In this document: in pieces, positions 8,830-18,732 of the stretch
How positions within the stretch are numbered: position 1 is the first letter of the stretch
Layout: the number at the start of each line of letters is the position of its first letter
IMG/VR virus record: IMGVR_UViG_3300017963_000189
Reading direction: 5' to 3' (one strand)
Length of the DNA stretch: 64,000 bases
DNA from: a virus
Lineage: Duplodnaviria > Caudoviricetes
Program-made: the position numbers and the translations under genes
The notes under the pieces: generated by a model
Seen by the model: the letters and a program-made list of their open reading frames with translations, nothing else
Told to the model about the DNA's origin: nothing
Database searches by the model: none

Positions 8830-9071
8830 TATAGTTTCACCACTCCACCTGATGTTTTACGTCTCACATTAAAGTCTTTAATTCTCTTGGCGAAATCCCT
8901 ATTAAGTTTACGAGATTCATAACGTCTTTCCATTTCAGCGTTCGCCAGAGACTCGTTCTTGTACTTATCAACTAAACGATATACCTTTTCACTTGTATCA
9001 TAACGATACAACAACCATTCTTTCTTACTATACTCAACAACCAAAAATAACTTCGGTCTACCCACTCTCAT
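8829..9071 (-). CDS. basic hypothetical protein
   Basis: 80 aa, abuts neighbours. Confidence 0.65.
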   Translation of the reverse strand: MRVGRPKLFLVVEYSKKEWLLYRYDTSEKVYRLVDKYKNESLANAEMERRYESRKLNRDFAKRIKDFNVRRKTSGGVVKL

Positions 9072-9074
9072 GAC

Positions 9075-9263
9075 TTACCTACTTTCTTTTTTAGTGTAAA
9101 CCCTGTTACATACAGGGCACTTTAGTTCGGCAGTAACCACACTCGGCTCATTGGAACGCCATACAAATCTTTCTGTATATTCCAATGCGACCTGTTCATT
9201 ATTATTTTTACAACTTGGACATAAATAATTTTTTCGTCCAACTTTCTTTTTCGTCTCAAACAC
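9075..9263 (-). CDS. zinc-ribbon protein
   Basis: CPSC and CPVC; GTG start overlapping the upstream stop is more likely than the track start. Confidence 0.6.
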   Translation of the reverse strand: MFETKKKVGRKNYLCPSCKNNNEQVALEYTERFVWRSNEPSVVTAELKCPVCNRVYTKKESR

Positions 9264-9570
9264 TTTGCGCCTCCGTAACCCTTTTGATTTGGTGGCGCAA
9301 ACGTGATTCGTGTTTGTCCATTTCACGTAATCTATTTTCTTCATTTACCATATCATTCTTTTTTGTAGATTTGGCAATAGTTGAATACTTTTCGCCATTC
9401 CACTTCATTAAATGATATCGGTTTTCCCATGCAACAATCACATATTTCAGCTTTCGTCCAGGGTCATTGAATTTCTTCATGTTTTTTGCCTCCCGAGCAA
9501 CTTTCTTTTTCAACGGAATAACCTTTACGGTTATCTCGTCATTATCTTCATTAAACTTGTATATTTTCAT
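9256..9570 (-). CDS. hypothetical protein
   Basis: 104 aa in operon. Confidence 0.65.
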   Translation of the reverse strand: MKIYKFNEDNDEITVKVIPLKKKVAREAKNMKKFNDPGRKLKYVIVAWENRYHLMKWNGEKYSTIAKSTKKNDMVNEENRLREMDKHESRLRHQIKRVTEAQSV

Positions 9571-9869
9571 CGTAAGTAATTAACTCCATATACATCAGTT
9601 CCAGCTAAAGGATCATCATTATAGATGTTTCCACGAGCATGTTTAGCAGGAGCACTCCAGCTCGCAGGTTTATAAATATCTCCAGTAGCGATTTCAACAA
9701 AAGCATAAACCGAACGATCATGGACAACTTTAGCAAATTTACGACCAAACGTTAAATCCCAGGGTTTGGGCGACAAATTAGAAAAGTTCTCCAAAATGTG
9801 TTTTTCGTCACGTTCACGTAACAAAACCATAAAGTTCATAATCGCTTCATCAAAATTTTTATTACTCAT
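9567..9869 (-). CDS. conserved phage protein
   Basis: GDIYKPASWSAPAKHARGNI motif, which I recognise from many phage genomes; GAAAGG RBS. Confidence 0.75.
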   Translation of the reverse strand: MSNKNFDEAIMNFMVLLRERDEKHILENFSNLSPKPWDLTFGRKFAKVVHDRSVYAFVEIATGDIYKPASWSAPAKHARGNIYNDDPLAGTDVYGVNYLR

Positions 9870-9941
9870 TTTCAAATCCTTTCTTGACTTGTTATACCCA
9901 AATATAATCAATTCGGGCATAACAGTCAAGGGCTTTTTTAA

Positions 9942-12515
9942 TTATTTTTCAGTAAATAGTTTATTCAACGCACGGGCAAGAGGTACAACTTGAGTAACAT
10001 TAATATGTGTAGCATCTTTACCATACATCATTTTAAATCTACTCATATCAGGATCAACTTTTGATGTGATGAAGAATGACAAGATTTTCACACCATTCGC
10101 CCGAATCTTATCTACATTATGTTTCGCGATTTCATAAGCATTCATTCTTGAATACTCAGGAAGATTCTCATTTACCATATTAGGATAACCATCAGAGAAG
10201 TTTATAAAGTAACCATCTTTACCGCTCATTGATTTGAGAATGTCTTTCATCACCGCTTCATAACATAGACCTTCTGGAGTAATTCCAAAAGTTCCGATAT
10301 AAGGAAAGAGTTTTTGAATCTTTTTGAACTTATCTTTCCTTGAATCATATGCGATAACCATCAGAGGAATTTGATCATAATTATACCATTTACTCCGACG
10401 AGTTTTGGGTTTAGAATAAGTTCCACGAAATGAAATCACAACTTCAAGATTTTCAACTTGAGTAGCAGCGTAAGCAATCGCTACTGCAGCGATCATTGTG
10501 TTTTTCCATTTTTCACCACTCATTGAACCACTCGCATCAATAGTAATATGAACAACAGCGTTACCGTATTGATCTTTGTTGATTGTCTCAAAGATTTGAG
10601 TAGTACCAACACCTAATTGATGTAATAGGCGACGATCTACTTTCCCAAAGGTTTTACGTTTACTTTTATATACCTTAGTTTCATTTCTAACTTGTAGTTT
10701 CTTCGCCAGAAGTTTTCCTAAACGAGTACCAGTAGTCACAGCTTCTTGTGATTCAGAATCAATCTTCGCTTCGTAAATAGGGTTATAATCTTCGTCACGT
10801 TCCCCTGTGTAATCCTTATCACAAATCCCAAATGTCAACATAATGTCTTTGTTGAGTTTTCTAACTACATAAACATCGGTACCGGTTTTAGAATCACCTT
10901 GAACGTGTTCAACTGTCGTTCCAGCATCCTCAATATCTTTCAATGTCTTAGCATCTTTTTTACTCAAACCTTGTTTCTTAACGTCACCGTCTAACATATC
11001 GGATTGAGTTTCCAACTCTTTTTCAAGTTTCTTTTCATCTTTAGAATCTAAATCTTCAGGTTCTTCTTCGGGTTCTTCATCTTCCGATTCATCGTCAGAA
11101 TCTTCATCGTCGCTCTCATTACTTTCACTACCATTACTATCAGATTCATCATCAGTTTCATCTTCGTCTGATTCTTCGTCACCATCTTCACTTTCGTTAC
11201 TATCGTTACTATCGTTACTTTCGTTATCATCGTCATTTTCGTCTATATCTTCATCAGTTCCATCAGCATTTCCGCCTTTGGAATTTTCACTATCGTCGGA
11301 TTCTTCATCATTTTCAGTCTCGTCAGTATCACCATTACCAGATTCATCAGATTCGTTTTCATCATTTTCATCAGATTCGTCGTTTTCACCGTTTGTTGAA
11401 ACACCATCATCGGATGAAACATCGTCGTTTTCATCTTCGTTTTCAACGGAATCGTCATTTTCATTTTCATCAGATTCTTCTGATGGTTCATTACTTGGCT
11501 CAGGTGTTCCGCTATCACCAGGATCAGAATCATCTAAATCACCAGCATCTTCGTAATCGTCTCTATTATCATTTTCTTCAGGAACATCTTGACTTGATCC
11601 ATCACCGTCCTGCGGATCGCCTTGATCTGAAGATTCTTCGTTTTCATTTTCTTCATCTTGTTCGGGCTGCGGTGTAGGAATATTTTTAACAATCATTCTA
11701 ACAACTTCAATCGCAACGTCAATAACTTCTTGAGTATTCTCAAGACGAGAAATGTTGGCGACATCAATAAGATTAATAATATCTTCTAATCCAGGAAGAG
11801 CTTTAGGATCACTCGCGGGATTAATGTGATTGACAATTCTAAAATTGTATGATTTAAAATTTGGTTCACGACCAAAAGAACTTTCCAAACCTTTAGTGAT
11901 AAGTTTAGAATGAAAATATTTCTTATACAATGCTGTATAATATGGTTCGTAACCAGGAATCATCTTAATCATTTTATCATCAATACGACGATCTTCAATA
12001 TAATTTTCATAACTTTTTACGATTTTACGAATAATAACATCTAAATTATGATGTTCCGCATAACCAATTCTTGTAGATTCGTCAATCAAATCTTGTGGAA
12101 TTGTCCAAACATTTTTGGCTCCCCAACTATCCATCAAGTTTTTAAGAGCTTCCCAATCAGTCCAAAGAATATGACTTGACTCATGAAGTGCTAAACCAAC
12201 AACAGAATCAAACTCTTTATTCTTACATACAGCAGAAAGAATAACCTTATCTTCTTGATCGGTTACGTATGAATGACCTTTAAGATTATATACAACAGGA
12301 ATGTCTTTACGTGTAGCGATTTTTACGAATCGAGCGACTGCTCTACGATATGAAGCAAGAGTAATCAAATCTTTGTTATGTTTTGGAAGTTGACCTAACC
12401 AATAATTTGAATACAAATCATCAGTAGAATTTTCATCTTCGTCGCCAAAACCATAACGATCTTTAATTACTTCCTCTAAATAGTCAACATCGTTATATGT
12501 AAGTTCTTTACTCAT
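9942..12515 (-). CDS. HExxH metallopeptidase-like domain + acidic linker + vWA domain protein (MoxR partner)
   Basis: LALHESSH; about 210 aa D/E/N/S linker; MIDAS DASGS...T(PEG)...FSDG. Confidence 0.85.
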   Translation of the reverse strand: MSKELTYNDVDYLEEVIKDRYGFGDEDENSTDDLYSNYWLGQLPKHNKDLITLASYRRAVARFVKIATRKDIPVVYNLKGHSYVTDQEDKVILSAVCKNKEFDSVVGLALHESSHILWTDWEALKNLMDSWGAKNVWTIPQDLIDESTRIGYAEHHNLDVIIRKIVKSYENYIEDRRIDDKMIKMIPGYEPYYTALYKKYFHSKLITKGLESSFGREPNFKSYNFRIVNHINPASDPKALPGLEDIINLIDVANISRLENTQEVIDVAIEVVRMIVKNIPTPQPEQDEENENEESSDQGDPQDGDGSSQDVPEENDNRDDYEDAGDLDDSDPGDSGTPEPSNEPSEESDENENDDSVENEDENDDVSSDDGVSTNGENDESDENDENESDESGNGDTDETENDEESDDSENSKGGNADGTDEDIDENDDDNESNDSNDSNESEDGDEESDEDETDDESDSNGSESNESDDEDSDDESEDEEPEEEPEDLDSKDEKKLEKELETQSDMLDGDVKKQGLSKKDAKTLKDIEDAGTTVEHVQGDSKTGTDVYVVRKLNKDIMLTFGICDKDYTGERDEDYNPIYEAKIDSESQEAVTTGTRLGKLLAKKLQVRNETKVYKSKRKTFGKVDRRLLHQLGVGTTQIFETINKDQYGNAVVHITIDASGSMSGEKWKNTMIAAVAIAYAATQVENLEVVISFRGTYSKPKTRRSKWYNYDQIPLMVIAYDSRKDKFKKIQKLFPYIGTFGITPEGLCYEAVMKDILKSMSGKDGYFINFSDGYPNMVNENLPEYSRMNAYEIAKHNVDKIRANGVKILSFFITSKVDPDMSRFKMMYGKDATHINVTQVVPLARALNKLFTEK
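11030..11670 (-). repeat. acidic low-complexity coding tract, including the 9-bp tandem TCGTTACTA x3 (11194-11220)
   Basis: Dense GAT/GAC/GAA codons, NDS repeats. Confidence 0.85.
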
Positions 12516-12543
12516 TTAGTCCTATCCTTAATTTTTATACTTA

Positions 12544-12582
12544 AATATAACGAATTCCGACGTATTTGTCAACTGTTTTCTG
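12544..12582 (-). promoter_or_regulatory. sigma70-type phage promoter P4 (vWA gene)
   Basis: CAGAAAACAG-TTGACA-17bp-TATATT. Confidence 0.85.
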
Positions 12583-12834
12583 GTTTTTCTGGTGAAAAAA
12601 TTTTATCCCACCAACATATAATTGTTGCGATTATGGCGAGCCCGATAAAAAATACTAAACCACCAATAAATATAATTACAAATAATGTTCCTATCATTTT
12701 AATCCTTTATGAACAAAATAATGCTATTAAACCACAAATCCCTATAAACATGAATCGAGACTTTTGTTCTTCTGATGAAACTAAATATCCTATTACTCCA
12801 ATGAATAAAAAAAGTAACGCGAGTGATGTCATAT

Positions 12835-13089
12835 TTAATCCTTTAATATTTTTGTATGTTGATATAAATAATATGGGAATGAAAACATTGTGATAAGTCC
12901 GGCGACAACTCCAATGATTTGAAAGATACCAAATAATATAACCATGAAATATATATCCTTAAACCATACACCAATAACGGTACAAATAATAGTACATCCA
13001 AGTAATATTAAAAATCCAACCGTCATAACTAATGATTCTCTTTTCTCAAGATTCTTTATATCTACAAAATAGTTCCCTGTGAATTTCAT
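12835..13089 (-). CDS. membrane protein
   Basis: 2 TM segments. Confidence 0.65.
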   Translation of the reverse strand: MKFTGNYFVDIKNLEKRESLVMTVGFLILLGCTIICTVIGVWFKDIYFMVILFGIFQIIGVVAGLITMFSFPYYLYQHTKILKD

Positions 13090-13090
13090 A

Positions 13091-13351
13091 TCAGTCCTCT
13101 AATTTCTCTATCAAATATTGTGGGTATAAAAAACTCGCGACATATAAAACACAAACTGCTAAACAACCAACAATAACAATCGGTAATCCTATCATCTTTG
13201 TTTCTAATGATGAATTCAACCATGTATTGAAAACTAACCACCATTCAGCATAATTGAAATAATGTATTAGTGTCGGAGCAAATTTGATCGCTAAATATAA
13301 TTGAACCCAAAATGTTAATAACTGTAACGCTACAACTTTTCCTTTTTTCAT
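13091..13351 (-). CDS. membrane protein
   Basis: 2 TM segments; ATGA overlap. Confidence 0.65.
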   Translation of the reverse strand: MKKGKVVALQLLTFWVQLYLAIKFAPTLIHYFNYAEWWLVFNTWLNSSLETKMIGLPIVIVGCLAVCVLYVASFLYPQYLIEKLED

Positions 13352-13665
13352 AATACCTTTCCCTCAACCTTTACCTTTTTATATGTCTTAATTTCGTGTG
13401 GGCGAATAATATGAACTTTCTTAGTTCGTTCATCAACTAAATGAAGATATACAACCTTATTAAAGTTTTCTACACGAGCATAATTATCATCGTTGTCGCC
13501 ATCAAGTAATATATTCAACACGCGACCATCATGATAATAATATGTCATATCATATATTCCATCCATGTCTACTGTCGCCGTCGATTCAACTGTACAACTC
13601 GATAACAATAACCCAACTAATAACAATAACAAAAATCCCTTTAACTCTTTTGTAAATTCTATCAT
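13348..13665 (-). CDS. putative lipoprotein
   Basis: Hydrophobic stretch ending in the lipobox LSSC. Confidence 0.7.
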   Translation of the reverse strand: MIEFTKELKGFLLLLLVGLLLSSCTVESTATVDMDGIYDMTYYYHDGRVLNILLDGDNDDNYARVENFNKVVYLHLVDERTKKVHIIRPHEIKTYKKVKVEGKVL

Positions 13666-14063
13666 TCTTCATCCCCTTTCGGTTTTAAATGTGGAAATAA
13701 CTTGTAAAAACGCTTCCACGCCGTCTTTCGTTTTTTTCTTGGATAACGTAACCAACCACGCTGCGGGTGACCACTACCCTTATTTATAAAATCCTTGTTA
13801 TCTTGTCTGGGACGCTTAGGCATCTTGTTATACTTTTGACGTTCCTCACAAAATTTACTTCCTCTATAATTTTCCCACCATATCTCCCGAACATCCCCTA
13901 ATACCTTTAGATTCTTCGCCAGTTCAAAGATTTCATCAAGTATAGGATTACGATAATCACATTCATCTTTCAACTCTACAAACTTGTCATATTCCATCGG
14001 CCAAGTTATTGACATTAAATATATCATTCGTCGGTTCATCTTATTTCTTGACATCTTTTTCAT
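13662..14063 (-). CDS. basic hypothetical protein
   Basis: LRYPRKKRKTAWKRFYKLFP. Confidence 0.7.
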   Translation of the reverse strand: MKKMSRNKMNRRMIYLMSITWPMEYDKFVELKDECDYRNPILDEIFELAKNLKVLGDVREIWWENYRGSKFCEERQKYNKMPKRPRQDNKDFINKGSGHPQRGWLRYPRKKRKTAWKRFYKLFPHLKPKGDEE

Positions 14064-14293
14064 TAGAACTCTCCATCATTTGCTAAATGCCACTTTTGAC
14101 AATATGGACAAAAATAAACTTTCCATACTATACGTTCCCTATATCTCTCATTAGCTTCCCGGCCCCAAGCGAGTGCTTCTAACTCACTATTATATTGTTT
14201 CTTGTCACCACACATCTTTCGTCGCCGTTCTGCTTCTTCCTGTAACTCAGTGTCCCTGAGTTTCTTTTGTCGTCTTTTCTTTCTTCGTGTCAT
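14063..14293 (-). CDS. small zinc-binding phage protein
   Basis: CGDKKQY...YFCPYCQKWHL. Confidence 0.7.
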   Translation of the reverse strand: MTRRKKRRQKKLRDTELQEEAERRRKMCGDKKQYNSELEALAWGREANERYRERIVWKVYFCPYCQKWHLANDGEF

Positions 14294-14294
14294 A

Positions 14295-14585
14295 TCAATT
14301 CAACGGTTTAATATACAATCCATCTTTATAGGCGATAAAACCCTCTCCACCAAACCAACTCTCGGCTTCCCTACACATTTCGCCAGGTTTATGATCAAAA
14401 CCACATTTTACACATTTACCATTTAGATAATTTTTCTTAAAGTTATCACAAAAATCTGCGATGCTCATAACAGTAAAATATTGATCAAGATAAATATCCC
14501 ATAATTCTTCACAAGTCATTTTTGTCGTCTGACTCAACTTCCATATTCTACGTTTATTACGATTTCGTAACCTATTGAGATTCAT
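14295..14585 (-). CDS. zinc-finger protein
   Basis: CVKC..H....C. Confidence 0.65.
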   Translation of the reverse strand: MNLNRLRNRNKRRIWKLSQTTKMTCEELWDIYLDQYFTVMSIADFCDNFKKNYLNGKCVKCGFDHKPGEMCREAESWFGGEGFIAYKDGLYIKPLN

Positions 14586-14755
14586 TGTAACTCTCCATCT
14601 AAATAACCCAATATCAACTTTACAAGAGCATATATCAATGTAACACCACCAAAGAATATAAATCCTGCTGCGAGTGTTTGGAACGCTAATGATAATCCTA
14701 CTGAAAATAATAATGCTCCCATAAATAATACTTTTACCAATTCACTTTTATTCAT
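14582..14755 (-). CDS. membrane protein
   Basis: 2 TM; start moved to MNKSEL with GAAAGG RBS. Confidence 0.6.
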   Translation of the reverse strand: MNKSELVKVLFMGALLFSVGLSLAFQTLAAGFIFFGGVTLIYALVKLILGYLDGELQ

Positions 14756-15129
14756 TACATAATCCTTTCTATTATGTTTGTCGCCTTTTCCCAATTCCTG
14801 GCGAAAAATCTATTAATCTCAAATTTATTTAAACTATATATCAAAGTAATCAACAAACCAATTACTATAACAACCATATAAAGCAATAACACAGATTTAA
14901 GTTCTATACTATAAGTTTGATGAATCCAAAGAGCTAATACGGCGAGCCCGTAAAGAGCAGCAAAAACACCTAATGAAGTTAAAGTTGTTTTCCACTTTTT
15001 AATCATAATAACCCAGGGACGCCAGAACAAAAATCGTAACAACTCAAAAATCTTCAAGGCGACAAAAACAAGAATTGTCAATATAAACTTCAATACTCTT
15101 AATATGTAATATAAAATTATCCCAAACAT
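14755..15129 (-). CDS. membrane protein
   Basis: 3 hydrophobic segments. Confidence 0.65.
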   Translation of the reverse strand: MFGIILYYILRVLKFILTILVFVALKIFELLRFLFWRPWVIMIKKWKTTLTSLGVFAALYGLAVLALWIHQTYSIELKSVLLLYMVVIVIGLLITLIYSLNKFEINRFFARNWEKATNIIERIM

Positions 15130-15253
15130 TTCTTAATCTCCTTTATTAAAAGTACTGTCACAAATAAAGTAATTCCACCTAATATACCAACTATAAATGC
15201 TTCTACTAAAAAATTTACAAACGGACTTAACATAACCTCTGTTCCTTATAATA

Positions 15254-16498
15254 TTATTTAACAAGATTCATTCTTTTAATTGAACGATTACTACTTGTAC
15301 TCAATACATAAAAATAAGTTCCACTCGCTAACTCACTACCATCAAAATCTACGGAATAACTACCAACATTCAATCGACCATTAACTAATACTTCAACAAC
15401 CCTACCCTGAATGTCATATACAACTAACTTAACATTGTCGGTATTAGGAATACTAAATTCAATCGTAGTGTTCGGATTAAATGGATTCGGATAGTTTTGA
15501 AAAACATTAAACTCAATAGGAATGTCGCCTAACGTCTCAATAGAATTTGGTTCTTCTACCTTTGGTTCGGTTAACGGACTCTCGTAGGCACCTAAATCAG
15601 GTAACCCAGGACCACATCTCGGATTTCCCTCTATATCTAATTCGGGAGCATAATACATCGTTGAATCAACTAATATGGAATCAACTCCAGCTCCAATAGC
15701 GGATGAATAATCACTTAAATGATAATCGTTGTTTTCAAGTGAAACAAACACTGTGTCGCCCAATGTCTCACCGAATGGGGCATAAATCGAATTTGATATT
15801 GTCGCTTCTCCATCATGTGCGTTTAAAGTAACACTTTTTGTAATAATAGAATTGATAACTGTTATCTTTAATCTACTCTTGTCGGTTTCTTGATAGCCTT
15901 CAATCGGACCGGTAACAGTTGAATTCATAATAATAGAATGAAAAACTTCCTTTGGTTCTTTACGTTCACTCTCACTATAAAGATAAATACCAGTATAAAA
16001 ATCAAGTCCATAAACTATACTATTCGTCATTTCAGTAGAAGTAGATATGAAAGCAACTCCGGCGAAATGATTTGAATTCACAATAAGATTGCGTAATTTA
16101 CAAGAAATGTTTTCATTAAAATTATTAGACATACATAAAACTTGAGCGCCATAGTCTTCAAATCCCCAACTAATTGCTCTACCCCCTTTAATAGTAAATC
16201 CAATTACTTCACTACTATCAGCTTGTACCCATAATGCTTCGCCAGAACCTAAATCACCATCAATAATTGTATTCAAAATATGAAAATATCTGGCGTCCAA
16301 TATAAATTCTGAAGCTAAAACAATACTCTTGTTAAGTATAACATTTGAGTATGTTCCATCACGAACGATTATTGTATCACCATCTGCTACGGAATCAATA
16401 GCCGTTTGAATCGTCGGATAATTATCCGGTACATATACCGTTTCACCAAACGATAACGACACTAAAACTAAACTTAACAAAATAACTAAATACTTCAT
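15254..16498 (-). CDS. secreted right-handed beta-helix protein with T9SS type-A C-terminal sorting domain
   Basis: Sec signal; VPDNYPTIQTAID..ADGDTIIVRDGTY; DYHL...SAIGAG...DIEGNPR...DLGAYE; QNYPNPFNP...SGTYFY...KRMNLVK. Confidence 0.85.
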   Translation of the reverse strand: MKYLVILLSLVLVSLSFGETVYVPDNYPTIQTAIDSVADGDTIIVRDGTYSNVILNKSIVLASEFILDARYFHILNTIIDGDLGSGEALWVQADSSEVIGFTIKGGRAISWGFEDYGAQVLCMSNNFNENISCKLRNLIVNSNHFAGVAFISTSTEMTNSIVYGLDFYTGIYLYSESERKEPKEVFHSIIMNSTVTGPIEGYQETDKSRLKITVINSIITKSVTLNAHDGEATISNSIYAPFGETLGDTVFVSLENNDYHLSDYSSAIGAGVDSILVDSTMYYAPELDIEGNPRCGPGLPDLGAYESPLTEPKVEEPNSIETLGDIPIEFNVFQNYPNPFNPNTTIEFSIPNTDNVKLVVYDIQGRVVEVLVNGRLNVGSYSVDFDGSELASGTYFYVLSTSSNRSIKRMNLVK

Positions 16499-16517
16499 AA
16501 TATAACCCTTTCTTTGT

Positions 16518-16781
16518 TTATTTACTTTCATCTAATATATTATCTATATACCAAATATCTGCTTCGGTAATCGGATCAAATTCTTCCTTGAAATATTTAC
16601 GACCAAATGAATCTTCTATATATCCACTTTCGCCCACATTCCACTGATCACGAAACATCAATCCATCATATTCTTCCTGAGTAATGTATATCCGCATCCA
16701 GAATCGCGGTGGTACATCATACATCGCTTTTACATACCTGTACTTCTGTCCTCGGTATTCCATCTTAAACTCCATATCCAT
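16518..16781 (-). CDS. hypothetical protein
   Basis: 87 aa in operon. Confidence 0.65.
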   Translation of the reverse strand: MDMEFKMEYRGQKYRYVKAMYDVPPRFWMRIYITQEEYDGLMFRDQWNVGESGYIEDSFGRKYFKEEFDPITEADIWYIDNILDESK

Positions 16782-16918
16782 TTATCAACTGAAATTGTTT
16801 CAACTTCTCAATCTCAATCTTAGTTCTAATAATATCCAACTCCAATTTAATTATTTGAGCTTGACGCTGATCGATGATCTTACTTTTGAGTAATCTCATA
16901 ACATCTTTGTATACATCA

Positions 16919-17206
16919 CTATTTCTTGACATTTTTATTTCCTTTTACACTAATATAAGACTTTTTAGAATACTTGTCAACTGTTTTTTTCAGATACCAT
17001 TGATAAATGGCGAAAATCTTATCAAAAAATGTAACATCACTTACTAAGTAACAACTGTGTTCTTGACCAGTATACTTCACTTTATTATCATGAAATATCT
17101 TTTCTTTTCCATACTTAGTACAATAAATGTATTTACCATGTTCATTCTTGAATATACATTTTTCGCCAACTAAAATGTTATTAAAATACTTTTTTTCTAA
17201 CTTCAT
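16919..17206 (-). CDS. hypothetical protein
   Basis: 95 aa; promoter P5 lies inside its 3' end. Confidence 0.6.
   Translation of the reverse strand: MKLEKKYFNNILVGEKCIFKNEHGKYIYCTKYGKEKIFHDNKVKYTGQEHSCYLVSDVTFFDKIFAIYQWYLKKTVDKYSKKSYISVKGNKNVKK
16952..16987 (-). promoter_or_regulatory. sigma70-type phage promoter P5
   Basis: AAAACAG-TTGACA-17bp-TATATT. Confidence 0.75.
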
Positions 17207-17520
17207 TAAAATATCCCACTAAAACTTTGAAATGAAAATCCCATTATTAAAATTAAAAATACACCGATCGCCGTCAACAATGAAAATATCGATATTCCTA
17301 CAAATTCCATCGGTGTCATACTTTGCAATGTTGTATTCTTGTCATATGTAAAATACAAAAATAAAACTCCAACAACTATCAAGAAAATTCCAGGGTTATC
17401 GGCGAAAACAAAAATAATCGACACCAATACACTTATTATTACTGAAATTAAAAGTATACCTACAAATAACCCTACTAACCAATGACTACCTTGATTAAAA
17501 TTTTGTCTACTCGTGTACAT
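17206..17520 (-). CDS. membrane protein
   Basis: 3 TM segments. Confidence 0.7.
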   Translation of the reverse strand: MYTSRQNFNQGSHWLVGLFVGILLISVIISVLVSIIFVFADNPGIFLIVVGVLFLYFTYDKNTTLQSMTPMEFVGISIFSLLTAIGVFLILIMGFSFQSFSGIF

Positions 17521-17654
17521 TATATTTCCCTCGTGTTTAATTCAACTATAACTTTGTTTATCTCGCCCATTTCTTGTATGGAAGCACAAATGTAGCCAAT
17601 AAGATAGGCGACAACCATCAAAAGAATACCTAATATAATCCATAAAAACATAAT

Positions 17655-17861
17655 TTACTCCATCAAATATTTATCTAAATAATTTTTAATTATTGTAAGT
17701 TTCTTTACTGTACCATGTACGTAAAACATACTTGTATAAAATGAAATCTTTGTTTCTGTCCAAAACTCAATATACTTTTTTTCTTCACACTCAATACAAA
17801 ATCGTCTGAAATCAGCCTTCCCAAAACCACTAACCTCATATCTCATTTTCGCTTCACTCAT
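17655..17861 (-). CDS. hypothetical protein
   Basis: 68 aa in operon. Confidence 0.6.
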   Translation of the reverse strand: MSEAKMRYEVSGFGKADFRRFCIECEEKKYIEFWTETKISFYTSMFYVHGTVKKLTIIKNYLDKYLME

Positions 17862-17863
17862 TA

Positions 17864-18127
17864 TTAACCCTTTCCAAATAATCTAATCAAAATTGCTAAT
17901 AACGCGGATAATATAACTAAATCTTGTACCTTTAAATCACTCACTGGTTTATCAAACCAACTAGCAACTTGTGGTGAAGTAGCTATCATTTCTAATACAT
18001 GGGCGAGAAAATAAACAATACAAAATAAAACAAATAATCCTATAATTGTTCCCACAATTAAAAGTATAGCCTTTCCAAACCACGAATCTAAAATACTCCA
18101 AAATCCTAATGTAATCTTATTCCACAT
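17864..18127 (-). CDS. membrane protein
   Basis: Start moved to MWNK with GGAAAGG RBS; 2 TM. Confidence 0.65.
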   Translation of the reverse strand: MWNKITLGFWSILDSWFGKAILLIVGTIIGLFVLFCIVYFLAHVLEMIATSPQVASWFDKPVSDLKVQDLVILSALLAILIRLFGKG

Positions 18128-18145
18128 ATAAAACCTTTCCACAAG

Positions 18146-18182
18146 TTAAAGTGTCAACTAAATATTAAAGTGTCAACTAAAT
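18146..18182. repeat. tandem 18-bp direct repeat TTAAAGTGTCAACTAAAT x2 (period 19)
   Basis: Copies at 18146-18163 and 18165-18182. Confidence 0.9.
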
Positions 18183-18356
18183 TCGTTTTGTATATGTTAT
18201 CAACACTGAATATTTCCTATCACTCATTTGATATTGTAACTCACATGAAACCCGTTCGTCGGGATATAGTGAATCTAAAAAATCATTTACCTTTTTCTCA
18301 AAACTTACTTCACGAGTATCTTCTATTAATTTAACCTGAAATTTCTTTGGTGACAT
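18177..18356 (-). CDS. small protein (59 aa, not in track), similar pattern to 36505
   Basis: MSPKKFQVKLIE...EKKVNDFL...YSVLITY. Confidence 0.6.
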   Translation of the reverse strand: MSPKKFQVKLIEDTREVSFEKKVNDFLDSLYPDERVSCELQYQMSDRKYSVLITYTKRI

Positions 18357-18372
18357 AACTTATTCCTTTTAA

Positions 18373-18660
18373 TTAGTCATTTATTAATAATAATCTTATT
18401 CCATCTTCACTTTTATAATTCCATCCAGCTATCTCGTCACTGTTCATATCATTGTGCGTATGAAAAAATACCTTGTGATTCTCGGTCTCAACATTGATAA
18501 CTTCCACGGAATCAAAATGTAACTTACCCTTACTATCCCTACGAGCGGGACCGGAAAAATCGTCAAAACGACCATCTAACTCGGATACTTCCCAAACTAA
18601 ACTACGGTTCTTCTTGTTCCAAGCACGTTTCATCAATTCCTTTGTTACATATAATCTCAT
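18373..18660 (-). CDS. hypothetical protein
   Basis: Start moved to MRLY; first gene after P6. Confidence 0.7.
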   Translation of the reverse strand: MRLYVTKELMKRAWNKKNRSLVWEVSELDGRFDDFSGPARRDSKGKLHFDSVEVINVETENHKVFFHTHNDMNSDEIAGWNYKSEDGIRLLLIND

Positions 18661-18693
18661 TCCTAAAATCCTTTCAAATTTTATCAGTACTAT

Positions 18694-18732
18694 AATATAC
18701 AAAATAAAACCGTATTTGTCAACTGTTTTCTG
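18694..18732 (-). promoter_or_regulatory. sigma70-type phage promoter P6
   Basis: CAGAAAACAG-TTGACA-17bp-TATATT; TGA is the stop of 18719-18970. Confidence 0.85.

Noticed and set aside
11048-11677. Four alternative-frame ORFs in the acidic tract
   Set aside because: Artefacts of low-complexity codon repeats inside the vWA gene.
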